A stretch of 64,000 bases of DNA. Origin: an uncultured archaeon. GTDB lineage: Archaea > Asgardarchaeota > Lokiarchaeia > Sigyniarchaeales > SOKP01. The position numbers and the translations under genes were made by a program. Positions within the stretch are counted from its first letter, which is position 1, and every line of letters begins with the position of its first letter. Under the pieces are notes generated by a model. It had not been told where the DNA came from. It saw nothing but the letters and a program-made list of their open reading frames with translations, and searched no databases. The stretch is from contig CAZWEM010000001.1 of the NCBI GenBank assembly GCA_964632315.1, positions 96,001 to 160,000 on the forward strand. The letters run 5' to 3'. Shown here one piece after another: positions 48,671 to 57,813 of this stretch.

Positions 48671-49387
48671 ATGCTATTTCAAGAGATTGTTGGCTTAGTA
48701 AGAGTTATCCTAATTTTAATTCCACAACCAATATTGGGAATTATATTTCTCTTTTTGGCTTTTAAAATTCTAAAAAGAAGGTCAACTCGAATCTCCATAA
48801 CTCTTAGTGGCTTCTACATTTTAATAGGTGTTGCAATGTTCTTAAACGTAGTATTTCTCCTTCTTTCTTCAACTCTAAACGCAATATTATTGCTAGGAAT
48901 TTACTTCTTTATTCTTTATTTTATTCTTACCTCATTTATTTTTGTAAGCTTATTTATAATTCAAATGAATAGAGCTCAAGATTTTACTTTAAAAACTCAG
49001 ATATTAATTATTTTGATTTATGCTATTTTGTCATTTTTACTATTAATGTATCCAAAAGGAATCAAATTAAGCAGTGAAACGAATTGGTTACCAATCTTCA
49101 GTTGGGAATTTTTGGTAGTTTTTTATGTTTATTTTACTGCGATTATTGTAATTCCTACAATATACTTTTCCACTAAGCTTTATCATAAATTTAAAGATCC
49201 AAATCTTAAAAAGAGATTGCGTTTTTTAATTTCAGGTACTTTTGAAGGATTTATTGTTATTTACGGGACAGCTTTATTTAATACCTGGCAAGAACCACTA
49301 TTTAAATTTGCTTGGAGTTTGATTACTGTAGTATTATTGTTCTCATTAAGTATCTTTATCTATTATGGTATTGGATCCAATCTTTGA
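48671..49387 (+). CDS. Stand-alone seven-TM membrane protein (HisKA_7TM-like sensor domain)
   Basis: About seven hydrophobic helices, short loops, basic loop KDPNLKKRLR before TM6; no cytoplasmic output domain. Confidence 0.65.
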   Translation: MLFQEIVGLVRVILILIPQPILGIIFLFLAFKILKRRSTRISITLSGFYILIGVAMFLNVVFLLLSSTLNAILLLGIYFFILYFILTSFIFVSLFIIQMNRAQDFTLKTQILIILIYAILSFLLLMYPKGIKLSSETNWLPIFSWEFLVVFYVYFTAIIVIPTIYFSTKLYHKFKDPNLKKRLRFLISGTFEGFIVIYGTALFNTWQEPLFKFAWSLITVVLLFSLSIFIYYGIGSNL

Positions 49388-49391
49388 ATAT

Positions 49392-50237
49392 TTAAATTTT
49401 GAAATTAATCGATTTCATACGAAAATAATCATATCCTACAATTTTCGGTGCTAATATCTTTTCTTTGATCCCTAATATACCAGAATATATAATTTCAAAA
49501 GTGATGTAAGATGCAGAAATCCTTACAATCGGGGCTAAAGAAACTAATGGTCTTTTTCCTTCTAACATCTCTCTAAACACTCCTTTTTGACGATTGTAAA
49601 TGGATCGAATCTCGGGAAACTTTAAAAGTATCGATAATAATGATTGATAAAAATTCTTCCTAAAATTGGGATTCTTTTCTAATTCTTCTATTGAAATCTC
49701 GTTTGTATTAAGTTTGTAGCACGTTTCATAATCAATATTCTTATTAGTAAACCACCAAACCCATAAATATGGAATCCCATATGATTCAATAACATCAATT
49801 TTATTTTGCTTACAAAATCGGGTCACCTTAATGCAAGCATAAGGATCGTCAAGAGTTAATGCCACCACACTTACATTTTTTAACTTATCATTTATATTTA
49901 TTTGAGAAACATCTTTAAAAGAAATTAGGTTAATATTTGGATTAATTCCTAAAATTAATTTTTCAATGACTTTAACTTTATATTTTCCTATATCTGAAAC
50001 AGAGCAAAGTTGTCTATTTAAATTAGATCGATCGAATTTATCATTATCACAAATTACAATATTTTCACAACCCGCTCTAACAAGCTGTTCAACAACACTT
50101 CCTCCTAAACCTCCTAGCCCTAAAACAGCTATGGGTGTACTTTTTAACTTTTTCTGTTCTTTATGTGAGATTAATCCAATATTTCGAGAGATTTGTTCAT
50201 TATATAAAATCTGTTTCTCATTATACATTTCTGACAT
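49392..50237 (-). CDS. ThiF/E1-like adenylyltransferase lacking Zn CxxC motifs
   Basis: SRNIG, GLGGLGG, DNDKFDRSNLNRQ, G.YK, LDD. Confidence 0.88.
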   Translation of the reverse strand: MSEMYNEKQILYNEQISRNIGLISHKEQKKLKSTPIAVLGLGGLGGSVVEQLVRAGCENIVICDNDKFDRSNLNRQLCSVSDIGKYKVKVIEKLILGINPNINLISFKDVSQININDKLKNVSVVALTLDDPYACIKVTRFCKQNKIDVIESYGIPYLWVWWFTNKNIDYETCYKLNTNEISIEELEKNPNFRKNFYQSLLSILLKFPEIRSIYNRQKGVFREMLEGKRPLVSLAPIVRISASYITFEIIYSGILGIKEKILAPKIVGYDYFRMKSINFKI

Positions 50238-50282
50238 GATCTAAATACCATTTTTTATTGAATATAAGAAAGACCACTTATT

Positions 50283-51533
50283 TTAAAAAAAAATTTCTTT
50301 CATACTTTCTTCTTCAAAAAATCCAAGCATTTCTAACAGTTCTTGAGACTCTGGAATCAATTGAAGATTATCACTTAATTTTCCAGAATAATAATTGAAT
50401 AAAACACTATCCTCAAAAACTTTCTTTTTGGGGTTATATTGCCAGCAAGGGACATAACCCCTAGGTTTGAATCCCATATTATAGAAAAGTTGTTGTTCTT
50501 CTGGACGATAGCCTGAAACAAAACATTGAAAATAATTAATATTCTGTGTTATAATAAATTCTTTAATTTTTAAAAGGAAAGCTTTCAATTCTTCGAGAGA
50601 TTTAACCTTGTAATAAGTCTTTTCAATTAAATTACTATATGGATTGTATTCAAATCTGAAAAAAGAATTTGCAAGATTTAATTTAATATTTAAAATATCA
50701 TATTTATCTCTGCAAATTTCTTTTTCTATTTTTGCTTTGAATTCTATTACTTTACCCTTATCAACATCTATTTTAGGATTAATTACATTGGGATATCCCA
50801 GTTTATACTTTTTAGTAGTAAATGCATATGCTTTAGTAACACTTAATATTATTTTTGGGGTTTCACGAGAACGCAGACTTCTAATTATTTCTTTATCATA
50901 AGCAGCATGTAAAAATTCTGATTCAATTTTCTCAAAAAAAACATCCTTATTTGGTAAAAATGCTATAGGTCTTAAACCATACATAGCAGTCCCCCATTGA
51001 GGGACACTACTATAGGTTCTTACTTCACCAAACCATGAATGTTTTTGCTTCCTATAAGAATACCAAAAATAGAGAAATGAAACTACACTAGCTTTTAAAA
51101 CATCAATAATATGATGGTAATCACTTCTAATTACAAAACCATGTAAGAGAGCTTTTTTCAATCCAAAATCTAGATCTCCTCCAAAGCACCCCACAATTTT
51201 CCCTTTATCAGTTTTATAAACAGTCCATTCAGTTTTTGATTCTTCAATTCTTTTTTGAATTTCTATAGCATCTTCCATCCTTTTATAAGGATAAGTATTA
51301 CAATATAATTCTTTAAAAATTGAAGCAATTTCTTTTGATTCGTTAGGTTTAGCAATCTGAATGGTAGTTTGAATTTTTTCCTTTGTTCTCTCCTTATTTA
51401 AATTAATCTTTGCATCTAGTATTGATTTTGGGCCATACTTAATGAGATCTCTTTTTAGATCTAAAAACTCATCGATGAATGTAATTGGTTTTTTGGAAAC
51501 AGACCACTGTTCTAATTGCAATTTATCCTTCAA
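50283..51533 (-). CDS. Tandem GNAT-fold protein
   Basis: AKP.E..EIA..F..Y..TYPY, G.IVG, GFVIRSDY, G..P.AFLP, second repeat Q.LF..MGF.PRGYVP. Confidence 0.7.
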   Translation of the reverse strand: MKDKLQLEQWSVSKKPITFIDEFLDLKRDLIKYGPKSILDAKINLNKERTKEKIQTTIQIAKPNESKEIASIFKELYCNTYPYKRMEDAIEIQKRIEESKTEWTVYKTDKGKIVGCFGGDLDFGLKKALLHGFVIRSDYHHIIDVLKASVVSFLYFWYSYRKQKHSWFGEVRTYSSVPQWGTAMYGLRPIAFLPNKDVFFEKIESEFLHAAYDKEIIRSLRSRETPKIILSVTKAYAFTTKKYKLGYPNVINPKIDVDKGKVIEFKAKIEKEICRDKYDILNIKLNLANSFFRFEYNPYSNLIEKTYYKVKSLEELKAFLLKIKEFIITQNINYFQCFVSGYRPEEQQLFYNMGFKPRGYVPCWQYNPKKKVFEDSVLFNYYSGKLSDNLQLIPESQELLEMLGFFEEESMKEIFF

Positions 51534-51748
51534 AATTCCTTTCTGGTTTATTAATAGAAATTAGTACATTGATGTTATATATAAGTAACTAATTTGTGTA
51601 CAAAATGCTATAATAAAAAAATTATGAATGTAAGGTATCTACTTTTTTCATTTTCCATAATAAAAATGAAGAATAGTATTAAATCATCAATATTATCCTT
51701 CTAAAGGCTTTCCACAAATTTAATATCAACAGAAAATCTTGAAATTAT

Positions 51749-52060
51749 ATGACATCTGACAAGAAATATTTTTTTGCTATAATCAAACCATATCGCAAAG
51801 ATTTTTTATTAAATCCTATGGATAATGAAAATGATATTATGGAAGAGCATTTCTCATACCTAAAAAATCTCCTAGAAAATCATAAGTTATATCTTGCTGG
51901 ACCGACTTTAGTTGAAAATGACCCATATGGTGTTATTATATTCGAAACCCAAACTGAAGAGGAGGCAAGAGAATTACTAATGCAAGATCCTTCCATTAAA
52001 TCAGGAATTCAAAAAGTTACTGATTTCAGACCAATTCGGCTTTCTCTGACAAAAAAATAA
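51749..52060 (+). CDS. YciI/YCII-related dimeric alpha-beta barrel protein
   Basis: EHFSYL, LAGPT, GVIIFE, A..L...DP. Confidence 0.88.
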   Translation: MTSDKKYFFAIIKPYRKDFLLNPMDNENDIMEEHFSYLKNLLENHKLYLAGPTLVENDPYGVIIFETQTEEEARELLMQDPSIKSGIQKVTDFRPIRLSLTKK

Positions 52061-52067
52061 AAAAAAG
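52052..52067 (-). terminator. Oligo-T terminator-like tract downstream of the histone gene
   Basis: A-rich run on + (T runs on -) about 35 nt after the histone stop. Confidence 0.4.
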
Positions 52068-52101
52068 TTTTGATAAGGTAAATATAGCGATTGAAAATTG
52101 C

Positions 52102-52308
52102 TTATACTAATCCAATAGCAATTTTCATATCAGCTTGTGTTACTTTCTTTCGACCAGAGTGCTTTGCAATGTCAAGAGCGCAACCAGTTAATTCTTTAGC
52201 ATATTCTTCTAAATAGTCCATTAACTTGTCTACTGCTGCTCTGCTGACAATTTCAGCACCGGCCTTTTTCATTAGAGCACGTAATGGGCTCCATGCAAAA
52301 GCTGCCAT
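52102..52308 (-). CDS. Archaeal histone (HMf-type, 68 aa, no tail)
   Basis: SPLRALMKKAGAEIVS..A..LE..A..AKHSGRKKV...D; GGAGG Shine-Dalgarno upstream of the ATG at 52308. Confidence 0.95.
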   Translation of the reverse strand: MAAFAWSPLRALMKKAGAEIVSRAAVDKLMDYLEEYAKELTGCALDIAKHSGRKKVTQADMKIAIGLV

Positions 52309-52827
52309 TTTTTTATTCCTCCACAGTTGTTTTAAAATTATTATTAAATTGGTGGTAATCATAATTAAATTGGTATTACTCATATTTAAATGTGTTGGTA
52401 GATAGGAAGAATCGGATGGATCAGATTGACGAATTTTGGTCGACAAAAAAAATCACATGAACGTTATCATAATTTTTTTAGTAGTAAATTCGGATCACCA
52501 AAAAGGATCAAAAATTGGTTTCGAATGAGCATGTTGATCTGATCAAAGTATTGACTATAAAACCTTTCAATCATCAATTGAAATCAATTTCATTTTTTCC
52601 GCTGCATAAGTAAAAGATATTTATGATTGAAGATAAATAGCTTGATTAAAAACCTGATACCATCCCTATTGGAAATAAATCGTACTAAAAAGAAATGTCA
52701 AGCTAAAAAGATATTTTATGACCGTTTAAAACCCATTAAATTGTTTTGATGCTTGGATCTAAAAATTTAAAATTAAAGATTTAAATTACTCTTACATAAC
52801 ATAAAATGATACTAAAGTGCAGATACC

Positions 52828-53406
52828 ATGATCTTTGAACAAGAAGAACATCCAACTTATATCTTTAAGTTATGCCTTATTGGGAATGGGGGCGTAGGGA
52901 AAACCTGCATTGCTCGACGTTTATGTTTCGATACGTTTGATGCGAATACTAAGTTAACAATTGGAATTGATTTCTATACTTATGATTTACCAATATTGAT
53001 AGAGGGAGAAGAAGGATTTGTTAGATTGAGTTTATGGGATTTTGGAGGACAAGAGCAGTTTAAGAAAATGTTCAGTTATTATATTCACGGTGCAAATGGA
53101 ATTTTCCTTGTTTTTAGCTTATTTAACCTGAACAATTCCCTTTTAGGATTAAATTGGTGGAATGACCACTTGTTTAAATTAAACCATAAAAAAACCCCTA
53201 AAATGCTTGTTGGCTGCAAAAGCGATTTAATCAAAGATCCAGAAAGAGTTAATGATTTGGTTATCGAGAATTTCAGGAACAAGCACAGTAATATACCATA
53301 CTTTAAAACCTCATCGAAAGAAGGGATTAATATTCGAAATATTTTTGTAGAGATGGTAAGAACCATTCTTGATGAACATGGTTTTGAATATGATAAGATT
53401 CTTTAA
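52828..53406 (+). CDS. Rab-like small GTPase
   Basis: GNGGVGKT, TIGIDF, WDFGGQEQF, GCKSD, TSSK. Confidence 0.94.
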   Translation: MIFEQEEHPTYIFKLCLIGNGGVGKTCIARRLCFDTFDANTKLTIGIDFYTYDLPILIEGEEGFVRLSLWDFGGQEQFKKMFSYYIHGANGIFLVFSLFNLNNSLLGLNWWNDHLFKLNHKKTPKMLVGCKSDLIKDPERVNDLVIENFRNKHSNIPYFKTSSKEGINIRNIFVEMVRTILDEHGFEYDKIL

Positions 53407-53498
53407 AAACGGACTCTTGATGCATAAATTTTTTATTCATTTTAATATAAATTCAACTATATTAATCAAAGTACTAAATTTAGATAAGGGTTATAAAT

Positions 53499-54578
53499 GT
53501 GGTACGAGTATTTCATGAAACAGATTCTAAATTAGGCATTTTAAAAGATAAGACCATTGCAGTTATTGGTTATGGCAATCAAGGGCGAGCACAAGCTTTA
53601 AACCTCAGAGATTCAGATTTAAGGGTCATAATAGGTAATCAAGATGATAAGTATTTAGAGATCGCTAAAAAGGATGGCTTTTATACTCACACGATTGAAG
53701 ACGCAATTATTTTAGCAGATGTAATCTTTTTTCTCATCCCTGATGAAATAATGAAAAATCTATACGATACTAAAATTAAACAACTCATTAAACCTACAAC
53801 TGCTTTAGTATTTGCTTCGGGATATAATATCGGATTTAATTTAATTACTCCGCCAGCAGATACAGATGTTCTTTTATTAGCTCCAAGAATGATTGGAGTT
53901 GGAGTTAGAGAAAACTATTTAAACAAGCAAGGGTTTTTCAGCTTCATTGGAGTTGAACAAGATTTTACTGGAAATGCCTTAGATATTCTTTTAGCGTTAG
54001 CTAATGGTATAGGTACTTTAAAAAAAGGAGCAATTGAAGTTACTTTTCGACAAGAAGCGGAATTGGATCTATTTAATGAACAAGGTTTTGGCCCTGCTTT
54101 TGGTCGGGTTTTACTTTCAGCAATTTACACCTTAATCGAAGCTGGTTATCCACCAGAAGCGGTACTTGTAGAATTATACATGAGTAATGAAATGTCTTAT
54201 ACTTATAAGAAAATGGCTGAAGTGGGTCTAATCAGACAAGTAGATTTTCATTCTCAAACTAGCCAATATGGAGCAATGAGTAGAGGGATTAAATATCGTA
54301 AGATTCCCCTCAAATCTATAATGCAAGAAATCCTTAAAAATATTCAAGATGGTTCTTTTACTGAAGAATGGGAGAAAAAGTTAACCAAATTGAAATTTAA
54401 AGTAATAAAATTTTTTGCTACCAAGCAGAGAATAAATAAATTAGAACATGAAGTTAGGAAAAATTTAGGATTAAAAATATTTAATATTTATGATGAGGAA
54501 CCTCCGACTGAAGAAGAAATGAAGAAATTAAAGAACGTTTCAGAAGAATTGGAACAATTTAAAAAATTTTATGAATAA
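53499..54578 (+). CDS. ilvC: Ketol-acid reductoisomerase
   Basis: GYGNQGRAQALNLRDS, PDE, APRMIG, TFRQEAELDLFNEQ, S.TSQYG. Confidence 0.93.
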   Translation: MVRVFHETDSKLGILKDKTIAVIGYGNQGRAQALNLRDSDLRVIIGNQDDKYLEIAKKDGFYTHTIEDAIILADVIFFLIPDEIMKNLYDTKIKQLIKPTTALVFASGYNIGFNLITPPADTDVLLLAPRMIGVGVRENYLNKQGFFSFIGVEQDFTGNALDILLALANGIGTLKKGAIEVTFRQEAELDLFNEQGFGPAFGRVLLSAIYTLIEAGYPPEAVLVELYMSNEMSYTYKKMAEVGLIRQVDFHSQTSQYGAMSRGIKYRKIPLKSIMQEILKNIQDGSFTEEWEKKLTKLKFKVIKFFATKQRINKLEHEVRKNLGLKIFNIYDEEPPTEEEMKKLKNVSEELEQFKKFYE

Positions 54579-54609
54579 ATCGCTTTGGTAACTTACATTT
54601 TTATTTTAA

Positions 54610-55542
54610 TTAGAATATAATAATTAATACGCCTAATATAGTCAATATTACTCCTATAAACCCAAACCTCGTTATTCCTTCCCCATTTATAAAATATGTA
54701 AATGGAAGTGAAAATAAGGGACTCGCGCTTGCTACTAAGGCCATAATGGTGGCGCCTGCTACACGAGCAGCTTCAGTATATAAATAAGCTCCTAAAGATG
54801 TGCCAATTATTGCTCCTATAATTAATATCATCCAAGTTTTCCTCGTTCTGTTTATTACGTTTGAACTTCTCTTTTTATATTTTTCATAGGACACCATTGA
54901 TAGTAATATTAGTAAAGCAAAGGGAAATCTAATGACGTTCCCAATTACGGAACTTAAGCCCTCAGTAAATAATATATTATTAATTTCATTCGTAGCAAAA
55001 TCAATGATGATCAAACCTATCGCCCATCCAAATGCAGCCACGACTGCATACATTATTGCTTTCAATCTTAAATTAGTTCTTAAGTCTTTTTGAGGAACTA
55101 TGCTACTTTTATCATTATTCTTACTTTTTCCAATAATGTAAATACCCATACTTACAAAAAAAATAGATATAATAACACGGATATCAAAAGGGTCATTTAA
55201 GAAAAATATTGATAGAATATAGGTAATGACGGGGAAGACCATTGAAACTGCTAAAGCATTAGTTGTTCCTAAGTCTTTTTGTGCTTGAAAGTAGGCCGTA
55301 TCCCCTATTACTTGTCCAAAGACGAAACTGATAAATAAGATTATCCACAACGTAATTGGAAGTAGAAAAATTTGCGAAAAAACATTAAAACTAAACGCTA
55401 AAATAAAAAAAGTTATTGTTCCAATTAAGGTTCGTATAAAATTAATGAAAGTAGGACTTGCTTCTTTTTCAGTTCTTCTGAATAGGACATTAGAAATGAC
55501 AAAAGTTAACACTGCAAGTATAGCTATCCATTCTCCACTCAT
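54610..55542 (-). CDS. DMT/EamA-family transporter
   Basis: Ten TM segments in two repeats; GDTAYF.A..LG, SPLFS..F..GE. Confidence 0.9.
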   Translation of the reverse strand: MSGEWIAILAVLTFVISNVLFRRTEKEASPTFINFIRTLIGTITFFILAFSFNVFSQIFLLPITLWIILFISFVFGQVIGDTAYFQAQKDLGTTNALAVSMVFPVITYILSIFFLNDPFDIRVIISIFFVSMGIYIIGKSKNNDKSSIVPQKDLRTNLRLKAIMYAVVAAFGWAIGLIIIDFATNEINNILFTEGLSSVIGNVIRFPFALLILLSMVSYEKYKKRSSNVINRTRKTWMILIIGAIIGTSLGAYLYTEAARVAGATIMALVASASPLFSLPFTYFINGEGITRFGFIGVILTILGVLIIIF

Positions 55543-55550
55543 GATAAAAT

Positions 55551-57023
55551 CTATTTTTCTAGAATATTTCTAAGTTTCTGTCCATAATTACATAATTTGA
55601 GAAATGATTTGGCAGCAGCTTGAATAGTAGGGTAAACTAAAAAGTCATCAGCAATCAACTTTTCATAAAATAATTTCCGGGATTCACTTGGATATTCATG
55701 CAAAATAATGACAAAAATTTTTCCTAAATCTTCAGTGTGTTTTTTTATTTGAGTTAAATTATAATAATAATTCTTGAATCTTTTGCTATCTTGATCTCTC
55801 CAAGCATCAGTTTCTACGAGGACTAAATCGATGTTTTCATCGATTGCTACTGTGCATACGTCTAAAAATTCTTTTTTTGAATTTATCCATGGTAGATCGA
55901 AAGGATTTTCCAAGCTTCCAATAATTGCCGGATAAATTTCTTTCAATTTCCTTAATTTATCTCCAGTGAAATGGGGTAATTCAATGCCAAATTCAGTTAA
56001 CAAATCAGTGGCTAAAATTCCAAAGCCTCCTGACCATAAAATTACTAAAGCGCGCTTCTGCGTTGGAAATAACGGGGTCTTATCAAGTTTTTTACATTGT
56101 ACGATATAGTGGCAAAACATATACGCATGCTCTATAATATCATCTAAAGATGAAGATATCTCAGTTACTATTGTTTGTTTGAATAAAGCTTTCCATACCT
56201 CTCGATCAGATACAAGAGATCCAGTATGAGTCAAAACTGCCATTTGTCCCCTAGCAGTCTTACCTCCACGCATGAACAATACAGGTTTTTTAATTTTTTT
56301 AAGGATATTGAATAATCTACGCCCTTCATTAGGATAAAAAGGTGAAAAACCTTCTTGATACACGCAAATTATTTCAGTTTCCTCATCGTTATCGAAGAAT
56401 TCAATCATTTCAGAAATTTGGATATCTACACAATTTCCGATGCTTACCCCTTTTGAGATGCGTAAGTTATATTTCTTGGAACCAAATTTAATAAATCTTG
56501 AATGTAAATCTCCAGATTGAAATATTAATCCGATATTTCCTAATTCTGTTGGAAAGGACCCATAATACGCTATTTTCCCGCGAGGACAGTATACTCCCAT
56601 GCAATTCGGTCCAATTGCTCTGGTTTCTTTATACTGACTTAGGAGCTCTTTTAATTGTTTTTCGATTTCGACCCCGATCTCATCAGCTTCTCCCGTGCCT
56701 GCAGTAAAAATATGGAAGAATTTGACATTTTTTAAATTTAAGATTTCTTTTATTTTCTCTAAAAGAAATTCTCTTCTTATAGAAAGAATAACTAAATCAA
56801 TGGAATCTGAAGGAATATCATTTATTGCTTTATAACACTTTATATCATTAATAATATCCAGCTTGGATGAAACTAAATATAAATTCGTAATATCGAAACC
56901 TTGTCGGATTAATCCATCAATAAAAAACGAACTTTTGGCAGAAATTTCATATATCATAATATTTTTTGGTTGAAATAATCTCTCAAAAGGATGCTTTACA
57001 TTATTCAATTCTATCAATCTCAT
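55551..57023 (-). CDS. NDP-forming acyl-CoA synthetase alpha-subunit-like protein
   Basis: GPNCMG, QSG, SIGN, GGKT..G, phospho-His motif THTGSL, SGGFG, NPFDL. Confidence 0.85.
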   Translation of the reverse strand: MRLIELNNVKHPFERLFQPKNIMIYEISAKSSFFIDGLIRQGFDITNLYLVSSKLDIINDIKCYKAINDIPSDSIDLVILSIRREFLLEKIKEILNLKNVKFFHIFTAGTGEADEIGVEIEKQLKELLSQYKETRAIGPNCMGVYCPRGKIAYYGSFPTELGNIGLIFQSGDLHSRFIKFGSKKYNLRISKGVSIGNCVDIQISEMIEFFDNDEETEIICVYQEGFSPFYPNEGRRLFNILKKIKKPVLFMRGGKTARGQMAVLTHTGSLVSDREVWKALFKQTIVTEISSSLDDIIEHAYMFCHYIVQCKKLDKTPLFPTQKRALVILWSGGFGILATDLLTEFGIELPHFTGDKLRKLKEIYPAIIGSLENPFDLPWINSKKEFLDVCTVAIDENIDLVLVETDAWRDQDSKRFKNYYYNLTQIKKHTEDLGKIFVIILHEYPSESRKLFYEKLIADDFLVYPTIQAAAKSFLKLCNYGQKLRNILEK

Positions 57024-57621
57024 CTGAAGTCAATTTAAAATTGCAATTATAGCAATAAAGAGGAATTGAGTCATACTCAGTACCACATTTAGGACAAATG
57101 ATTAAAGGCTTATCATTTAACTTTTCATCCACAATCTTTTTTCCAAATTGAGTGGATTTTATTCTTTGAAGTAAAAGAGAGAGAAAAATGCTAAATGTAA
57201 AAATCACTAACCCCAAAATTATGGTGTTCCATATTAAGGGCATAAAATTCGAGTTAAAATATCCCTTCGTCACTTTCATAACTTGATTTTGTCTTGGGAC
57301 AAAAATAAAAACATATACGAAAAAGTTCAAAACAAAAAAAGTTAATAAATTAGAAGAATAAGCTTTTTTATAATTCAAGTTAGTTAAAATTGGTATAAGC
57401 GATACTAATAACCAAGATAAATACATGAATAAAGTGCCGTTAACACCTAGAAATAACACATATTTTGCCAAAAATTCAATGATAACTCTCTGTTCAATTT
57501 CGGTGTTAGGATCAAACTCTATTTGGAATGAATAACTAAAAATGTAAATAATGATTGTTAATAAAATGAACTGTAAGATGAAAGATATAGTCTTTTTCTT
57601 GAAAAAACTTCTTATCTTCAT
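57001..57621 (-). CDS. Four-TM membrane protein with C-terminal zinc ribbon
   Basis: Hydrophobic segments; CPKCG...YCYNCN. Confidence 0.8.
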   Translation of the reverse strand: MKIRSFFKKKTISFILQFILLTIIIYIFSYSFQIEFDPNTEIEQRVIIEFLAKYVLFLGVNGTLFMYLSWLLVSLIPILTNLNYKKAYSSNLLTFFVLNFFVYVFIFVPRQNQVMKVTKGYFNSNFMPLIWNTIILGLVIFTFSIFLSLLLQRIKSTQFGKKIVDEKLNDKPLIICPKCGTEYDSIPLYCYNCNFKLTSDEIDRIE

Positions 57622-57813
57622 TATTAGATAATTTAAATTTATTAAATTAAATTAACTTTTTTTAAAAAAATTTTAAGAAAAGATATATAGATGGTGCTTA
57701 AATAGTAAAATTTTTAATATTTGCTTGCTTTTTGTACTTACAGTGCTGTGTGATTTTACTATTTCTATAAGAATTATTCATTTTAATTTACAAACAGAGG
57801 ATGTTATGGATTT

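Noticed and set aside
49392-50237. ThiF protein as the E1 of an Asgard ubiquitin system
   Set aside because: No Zn-binding CxxC pairs or evident catalytic-Cys domain, and no ubiquitin, E2, RING or JAB gene nearby
52309-52446. Apparent 46-aa N-terminal tail on the histone (114-aa ORF call), suggesting a eukaryote-like tailed histone
   Set aside because: The extension is not Lys/Arg-rich, starts at a TTG, and a GGAGG Shine-Dalgarno sits just before the internal ATG at 52308; the histone is 68 aa and has no tail
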